Shown here: piece after piece, positions 56,225-61,979 of the stretch
Position numbering within the stretch: the first letter of the stretch is position 1
Layout: each line of letters starts with the position of its first letter
IMG/VR virus record: IMGVR_UViG_3300027985_000277
Span: 1 to 61,979 of that record
Source of the DNA: a virus
Lineage: Duplodnaviria; Caudoviricetes
Reading direction: 5' to 3' (one strand)
Length of the DNA stretch: 61,979 bases
Translations under genes and position numbers: made by a program
The notes under the pieces: model-generated
Seen by the model: the letters and a program-made list of their open reading frames with translations, nothing else
Database searches by the model: none
Told to the model about the DNA's origin: nothing

Positions 56225-57007
56225 TCACACCATCCGGCTCTCGTAGCAGCCGATGGGCTCTCCGTCATCGGTGAACCCCACCAGCATCGGGCCGGTGTGC
56301 CCGTAACCAGCAAGGAACACCTGACATCTCTCATGCACCAGGTAGTCCCCGCCCTTGTAGCCGTGCATGGTGGTGCCCAACCGTCCCCGGATCATCGCAG
56401 CCAGTTGGTTGCCTGTCGTGTGGCCTTCGTCCTCCATCGCCACGTGCTCGTAGTACCCTCGGTAGCTGTCCAGCCATGGTTCGAGCCCGAACACCTTATC
56501 GGGATTGTTCTTCGCCTCTTCCAGCAATCGTCCAAGCGTGTACGGCGTATAAACCTTCACCATTTGCCTCCTTCGTCGTTGCTCTGGAGCGAGTCTACGC
56601 CCTTTAGAGAGGTGTTTTGCAGCGTACTCCAGAACTCGTTCTGGTTCCTCTTCCCGCCACTGGGCCCAGCTTTCGTCGGTCAGTATGTGCTCAACCCACT
56701 TGGGGTGTTCGGGCTTCAGGGGGCAGGGGTCTTCGCCATTCAAGCAGCGTTTACATACTGCTTCGTTACCTTCATCGCTGTCCCCAGAGTGGTCCTTACC
56801 ACAACCGCAGTCTTCGTCGTGGTCCTCGGGGTAGTCGTAGTACAGGTGATCCCCGCAAAAGAACCTGCCGCAGCCGTCCAGCCCGCCACAGGCATAGGCC
56901 AGCCCCCGGTTGATTTCTTCAACACACCCCGGCTCCTCACAGTATGAGGGCACCCCATAACCTCTCCAGCGTCCGGTGTTCGCATCCCAACCGACAGCCC
57001 ACCCCAT
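56225..57007 (-). CDS. Hypothetical protein, probably two in-frame genes (second start ~56560)
   Basis: Cys-rich N-half; internal AAGGAGG + ATG/GTG. Confidence 0.65.
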   Translation of the reverse strand: MGWAVGWDANTGRWRGYGVPSYCEEPGCVEEINRGLAYACGGLDGCGRFFCGDHLYYDYPEDHDEDCGCGKDHSGDSDEGNEAVCKRCLNGEDPCPLKPEHPKWVEHILTDESWAQWREEEPERVLEYAAKHLSKGRRLAPEQRRRRQMVKVYTPYTLGRLLEEAKNNPDKVFGLEPWLDSYRGYYEHVAMEDEGHTTGNQLAAMIRGRLGTTMHGYKGGDYLVHERCQVFLAGYGHTGPMLVGFTDDGEPIGCYESRMV

Positions 57008-57345
57008 CAGAACCGCTCCTCGGTGAACGGGTACACCTCAGCCTTGGTGAACACCACGTTCAGCGGGCCTTGTCGGTAAAAGTCGTTGTCACCCCACAAC
57101 TTGCCCACCAATTCACCAATCGTCACGTCCGGGCCCACATCCAGGGCGAACGTGTGCACCTCGCCGTGGTCGCCATAGTTCTGCTCACGGGTCACCAGAG
57201 CACCGATGCAGGTGGTGGTGTGCCCCACCCCATTACAGGTACTGCATACCTGCCAGTTGGGCTCTTGGTCCCGGTAGTACCGGTTGGTGTTGACCTTGCC
57301 GTCCTCACAGCCGACATTCGCACACTTGTGCTTGAGTTCAATCAT
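57007..57345 (-). CDS. Hypothetical Zn-finger-like protein
   Basis: C..GC.DG...CSTCNGVG. Confidence 0.55.
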   Translation of the reverse strand: MIELKHKCANVGCEDGKVNTNRYYRDQEPNWQVCSTCNGVGHTTTCIGALVTREQNYGDHGEVHTFALDVGPDVTIGELVGKLWGDNDFYRQGPLNVVFTKAEVYPFTEERF

Positions 57346-57784
57346 TCCATGTACCCCTTTCAAACCATTTCTGTCGTAATGTCGCCGCACTTCTTGCAGT
57401 GGGTGGTCAGCGTTTCTGTATCGTACCAACCGTTGTAACCGTACCGGATTCCACCGAATTTGGCAAACTTCCCGCACCCCGGACAATGCAAGTTGTAAGG
57501 ATGTAATCGCCGCGATTCAGGTTTGTAATCGATATCAATCTGCATGAACCCCATCGTGTTCCCTCTTCATCTGAGTCCACAGGGCCTCAATAGCACCACA
57601 ATCGCATAGAAAGGCTCCTTTTGTCACCGCATAGGAACATGCCGGGTCGTGTTCGCACTTCGGACTCAGGGCCCATGCGGTAGGAAAGTCAAGGTAGTCC
57701 ATCATGCGTCCCTTTTCAGATGTGGAAATCGATGTGGACAACGGCACCTTCAAAACAACCTCCTTCAGTAGTAGTTACAAGGCA

Positions 57785-57814
57785 AGCCTACAGGGCGCGG
57801 TGGGTCCGCGTCAA
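57785..57814 (-). promoter_or_regulatory. SigA-type promoter TTGACG-N18-TAGGCT
   Basis: Same -10 as the other early promoters; RBS downstream. Confidence 0.7.
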
Positions 57815-57952
57815 GGGCTTGCAGCGGAAAATTTTCCGGGTTTCCGTGTGCAAAACGCTACCTAGTGGGTAGTATCCTGCTTTTCACAACCTCCCGGACA
57901 CAATCTTCCCAACTAGCCGCAGTGGTCCGGTAGAGCACCTGTGCCGCCGCAA

Positions 57953-58174
57953 TCAGTCATCGAAGTACCTCCGTCCGAACAGCGCCTCGAATGTGTAATG
58001 CTCCGGGTGGGCGAGCCTCTTCAACAACGTGTCGCCCTCCAAGAACATCACCTTGTCCTTGCCCTGGTGCCAGACGGTGTACCCGGGCCTCCACTGGCGC
58101 AACCGTGCCGGGCGGTAACCGTCGCGCCACACCTCAATCATCACTCGCAACATCATTCCCCTCCAACGCTTCAA
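57953..58174 (-). CDS. Hypothetical protein
   Basis: Packing. Confidence 0.5.
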   Translation of the reverse strand: MKRWRGMMLRVMIEVWRDGYRPARLRQWRPGYTVWHQGKDKVMFLEGDTLLKRLAHPEHYTFEALFGRRYFDD

Positions 58175-58667
58175 GGATCACCACGGACAGCGCCCGGTAG
58201 TCGGTTGCCTCAAGGTCATCAGCCACCTTGCGGACTCGGGCGATGGCAGCCTCTGCTGCGGTGGCCCGGTTCAACCAGGGGTCCTGGTGAATGGTGCACG
58301 GAATCTCGTGCACATCAACCAAGTCCGGTCCGTGGTGGTCGCTTGGGCAACATTCGCAACAGCGGAACTTATTAGGCTGTGCGCTGGCTCTGATTGCGTT
58401 GATCTCAGCAAAGCTTCGCTCGACCTCAGCCTCTGCCGCCTTCACTCGCCCGATCAACTCTGCGATCCATGTGGGGGCGTTGGCGATCAGGTAGGCGTCC
58501 GACTCTCCCTCGTCCTTGCCTTGGTGAATGTCTTTGCAGATATAGACCACCCCCGGACCGGGGTCCGGCCTAACGACTGCGCAGTCCCAATCATCAATGT
58601 CGGTCTCCCACGGTCCCGGTGTTGCCGCCTTCAGTGCGGCCTCGATCACGGCCAGGTCAGTAGCCAT
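58134..58667 (-). CDS. Ead/Ea22-like protein
   Basis: AATPGPW...DAYLIANAPTWIAELI. Confidence 0.6.
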   Translation of the reverse strand: MATDLAVIEAALKAATPGPWETDIDDWDCAVVRPDPGPGVVYICKDIHQGKDEGESDAYLIANAPTWIAELIGRVKAAEAEVERSFAEINAIRASAQPNKFRCCECCPSDHHGPDLVDVHEIPCTIHQDPWLNRATAAEAAIARVRKVADDLEATDYRALSVVILEALEGNDVASDD

Positions 58668-58854
58668 TACCGGGCTTCCTCGATCTCTACTACAGAGCCG
58701 TCAATTACCTCGGACGAAGTGGGCTCGTAATCAGACCACTTCTCCGCTGCTTCTTCGGCGGTTTCCGCCTCAACGACGTACGTCTCCTTCACACGGCCCT
58801 CATACGTTACATGGAACAACATTGCACTCCTCCTTCTACTTGGCACTACACCAT

Positions 58855-58883
58855 AGCCTACAGCAGGGTGGGGTCGGGGTCAA
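58855..58883 (-). promoter_or_regulatory. SigA-type promoter TTGACC-N17-TAGGCT
   Basis: Consensus spacing; AAGGAGG RBS downstream. Confidence 0.75.
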
Positions 58884-59306
58884 GGGGCGGAACGTAACAA
58901 AAATTGTGACGTTGGGCAATGCTGAACAGCCCTCTGCGAAAACGGGGGTTTGCCCGTAGGGGAGGGGCTATTGAATTGAGTATGCGATGGGGCCCCACCC
59001 CCTCCTGGGTCCTGGGCCGGTGGTGCCATAAATCCGGATCTTTCACCCCGACCCTGAAACATCCCCGTCATTGACCCCACGTTGCCCGCTGCGCGCCTGC
59101 CAGCCGGGCACCGGTACCGACACGCCTACCCACCCGTACCCCTTTCCTATCCCCCACTGCACACTGAAGTCCGGTTCCCCCCTATGGGCGCGCGTGGGGC
59201 GTTGGGTGGGAGAGCGCACCCTTTAGCGTGAGTTGGGGCTTGCACCCACCCTTGCGCAGGGCGTACCTTGTGGGTGAGGGGCAGATTGCCCCCGGGAAAG
59301 GGCATC

Positions 59307-59438
59307 ATGTTCGAAGTCTTCAACTACCGAACCGGTCAGACGGTCACAACTGTTCCGTTCGCTTGGCTCGCCCGCATCGTGGTCCGTCTGTATGGCCGTG
59401 GGCATGACTACGCTGCACAGGGCGAAGGGTGGGTATGA
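59307..59438 (+). CDS. Small hypothetical early protein (43 aa)
   Basis: GAAAGG RBS; ATGA overlap with the next gene. Confidence 0.55.
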   Translation: MFEVFNYRTGQTVTTVPFAWLARIVVRLYGRGHDYAAQGEGWV

Positions 59439-59785
59439 ACATGTCCCCGCTTGTCTGCCTTGACAGCGAACCTGAGAACATGACCCCCGCCCTTGCCTTG
59501 CGCTGCCATGCGCTGGCCGGTACGTGGAACGGATGGATTGCCCCTCTCGCCACCGCTGAAGCCTTTGCGACGTTCATTGATGCATGGCGGCGCAACGATC
59601 CTAACGGCGATTGGGGCTGGGTTTTCGAGCACACGAACCGCCACACCGGTGCCACTCGGCTGGTGCTGGAGGACGCCGAGGGGGCCGTTACTGACACCTT
59701 CGACGCCTACGGCACAGACGCCGAAGGGCGCACCCTGTACAACCTTTCCGGCTGGCGCTGGGTGGCCTGCCCCGCCAACAACTGA
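59435..59785 (+). CDS. Hypothetical protein
   Basis: WNGWIAP motif; coupled start. Confidence 0.65.
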   Translation: MNMSPLVCLDSEPENMTPALALRCHALAGTWNGWIAPLATAEAFATFIDAWRRNDPNGDWGWVFEHTNRHTGATRLVLEDAEGAVTDTFDAYGTDAEGRTLYNLSGWRWVACPANN

Positions 59786-59893
59786 AGCAACTGTCGAAAC
59801 CCGCTGTTGCGTAGGTTAGATCCCTACACCATGCGGGTCTGTAAGGGATGGCTACCCTTGCACCGATGAGACAAGCCACAGGAGGAAGACACC

Positions 59894-60214
59894 ATGACCA
59901 CGCTCTACGCACACCCCTACGCAAACACCTATTACGGTGGTTTGTGCGCCCCGCGAGACTTTCGGACCCGTGCCGAACTTACGGCCAAGGAAGGGCTCTA
60001 CGCCACACCGCGAGCCAAGACCCGCAAGGGCGTGCTTGTGTGCGCCTACTGTGGACAGGAGTTGCTCACCACTACGGGCCTGTTCCATGTTGTGGCGTGG
60101 CGCGGTGACAACGGTTACACCGATGCGGACGTGCTTTTCAGCTACTCCCGGCGATCTGTTGCTGAGGCCAAGGCCTACGCTCTTGGCCCTGACTACGTTG
60201 TGCGGGCGTGGTGA
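59894..60214 (+). CDS. Hypothetical protein
   Basis: AGGAGG RBS. Confidence 0.7.
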   Translation: MTTLYAHPYANTYYGGLCAPRDFRTRAELTAKEGLYATPRAKTRKGVLVCAYCGQELLTTTGLFHVVAWRGDNGYTDADVLFSYSRRSVAEAKAYALGPDYVVRAW

Positions 60215-60220
60215 GTAGCC

Positions 60221-60613
60221 ATGCGTTACACCTGTACCGGTACCCTGCTGGGCGCTTCGTGCCCTTGGCGCAGCACGGTCATGCCGTGCCCTGTACACAC
60301 CGCCGACGCTACCGCCACTATTGACGGTGTGCGCCTGTCGGTGCACCGCTTGCCCCACCCCGACACTGAAGGACGTACCCTTTACCGTTGGGCCGTGGGC
60401 GACACGGCACAGGGCGAAGACTTGCGCACCGGGGTGCGGTTGGACCACGGCCCGCAAGCCATGCTGGGCACGCTGGCGTCATTCTTGAGCGCTTGCGGTG
60501 AGTCTTACCCTGACGGGGAAAACGCAGACTTGTTCCCGCCTGCTGTCGCTCAGTGGGCCGCTGAGCACGCCGACGACCTCACCATGTTGTCTTATGAACT
60601 GGAGGGGGAGTGA
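60221..60613 (+). CDS. Hypothetical protein
   Basis: FLSACGES...GENADLFP. Confidence 0.7.
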   Translation: MRYTCTGTLLGASCPWRSTVMPCPVHTADATATIDGVRLSVHRLPHPDTEGRTLYRWAVGDTAQGEDLRTGVRLDHGPQAMLGTLASFLSACGESYPDGENADLFPPAVAQWAAEHADDLTMLSYELEGE

Positions 60614-60616
60614 GTC

Positions 60617-60895
60617 ATGGGAAGACTAATACTGGCGGCACACCTGCCTAGCATTCGGGCCATTGTGGCCCCGCTCGACACCCCCGAGCGGCGGGAACGT
60701 TACCGGCGCGGCGACTTTCCCCGATCCGACGCAGTTAAGGACCTCGACAAGCGTTACCGCTGGGACCTGTGGTATGCGGCAGGGGTGAACTCTGTTGCCT
60801 ATTACGCCTATCTGTGCGAGCAGGAACTGGCGTTCACCTCAGACTCTCAACTCGACAGCGCCCTACGGGCAGTTGTCCCCCCGCTGGAGGGTTGA
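60617..60895 (+). CDS. Hypothetical protein
   Basis: KDLDKRYRWD...LDSALR; RBS. Confidence 0.7.
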   Translation: MGRLILAAHLPSIRAIVAPLDTPERRERYRRGDFPRSDAVKDLDKRYRWDLWYAAGVNSVAYYAYLCEQELAFTSDSQLDSALRAVVPPLEG

Positions 60896-61126
60896 ACCAA
60901 TGCGCTATACCGTGACCGCTTCGGTCAACCGCGCCGAACCTAACGGGTGGCAATCCGCCCGGCAGGTGCCCACCTTCGGCCTGCCCGACCTGGGCAATAG
61001 CCTACCCACTACGGCGAGCATTGCCCGGGACGTAATAGACCCCTACCATGCCTTAACCGTGCACGTAGCGATCTGGGACACCCTGACCAATACCGGCCAT
61101 ACGGCCACTTTCGAGAGGACAGGACA

Positions 61127-61339
61127 ATGAGTGCAGAAGCGCTAGACGTTTGGTTGCGGTTCAATGACCCGGCCGACGAGATGGCAACCTACGAAGCCAA
61201 TACTTACCGGGCCGACAGGGGTTATCGGGTGGAATGGTATCACAATGCCGTAGGGCAGGTGTCGTCTATGTGGTTCCCCACCTATAGAGCGGCATGTGCT
61301 TGGTTGACTGCTCAAGGGTTCGAAAACTACACGGCTTAG
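61127..61339 (+). CDS. Hypothetical protein
   Basis: RBS; ATGA overlap. Confidence 0.65.
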   Translation: MSAEALDVWLRFNDPADEMATYEANTYRADRGYRVEWYHNAVGQVSSMWFPTYRAACAWLTAQGFENYTA

Positions 61340-61914
61340 TTAGCGCTCGGGGTACTTGGGCACCCTACCCCTACCCAAGTACCCCCTACGGTGGTTAAGC
61401 TGCCAAAATCCACACTACTTAGGAGGTAGTTATGCAATACCCAACGCGCAAAGCCACGTCCGAAGGACGGGCCCAGACCCTGGCCCGGCGTGCTCAGCGC
61501 AACCTCAAGCACGGCGCGGTATTGGTGAACCGTTCCGGCCACGTCTCGAATAGGACGGTGCAGGCATGAACACTGACGCGGTGAACCGTAAGGTTGTGCA
61601 TATGGCTATGGACCCGTCCGGCAAGGTCTGGTGCGGTGTGGTGAACCACCCTTACACCACGCTTGACCCGCACCGGGTGACGTGCCGAGACTGCCGCCGC
61701 CGTGGTCAAGGGGTGTGGGCATGAACCTGCCATGTTGTCACGGGCTGAACGGCCATACAATGGGGTGTCCTTTACGGAACCGACGTCCTACTTCGCCGTC
61801 ACCCCTTGACCGTGCCCTAGCCTACCCCGGCCCCCCGGGACCCCGTAGGGCAATACGAGCATGACGCAGCGGGAGTTTCTGGAGGCTGTCGCGGTGGGGT
61901 GCTTGTGCGTGCTC

Positions 61915-61979
61915 GTGTTCATCCTAGCGCACCCCCTCGCGGAGTTGCTTTTCGGGTAGGCCCTCGTTCTCCCCTATAT
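61915..61979. repeat. Terminal overlap identical to 1-65
   Basis: 65 bp exact match. Confidence 0.97.

Overview
The window is a complete, circularly assembled ~61.9 kb genome of a long-tailed dsDNA phage (siphovirus); positions 1-65 repeat exactly at 61915-61979. The host is most likely an actinobacterium (high GC, WhiB gene, tRNA genes without encoded CCA, many leaderless-type promoters). The + strand (~59.3 kb through the join to 26.5 kb) carries small early genes and replication/RNA-metabolism genes: SNF2-like helicase, RNA ligase plus PNK/phosphatase, Dam-type methylase, Cas4-like nuclease, Sak4-like ATPase, SSB, primase-helicase, intein-containing family A DNA polymerase and RuvC-like resolvase. 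The - strand (58.8 to 26.5 kb) carries small genes, nucleases, lysis genes, and head and tail genes. I see no integrase, so it is probably lytic. The most unusual content is non-coding. (1) A promoter-driven ~1.05 kb RNA operon at 16951-18021 holds a tmRNA-like element reduced to its tRNA-like domain (G3-U70, no tag ORF), tRNA-Thr and three large structured RNAs with predicted kissing loops. (2) A second cluster at 42041-42534 intersperses tRNA-Pro, -Met and -Leu with a tRNA-like RNA that has a rebuilt anticodon arm, a pseudoknotted RNA and a circularly permuted (YrlA-like order) tRNA mimic. All RNA folds were read by eye and all protein calls come from motif recognition; no searches were run.
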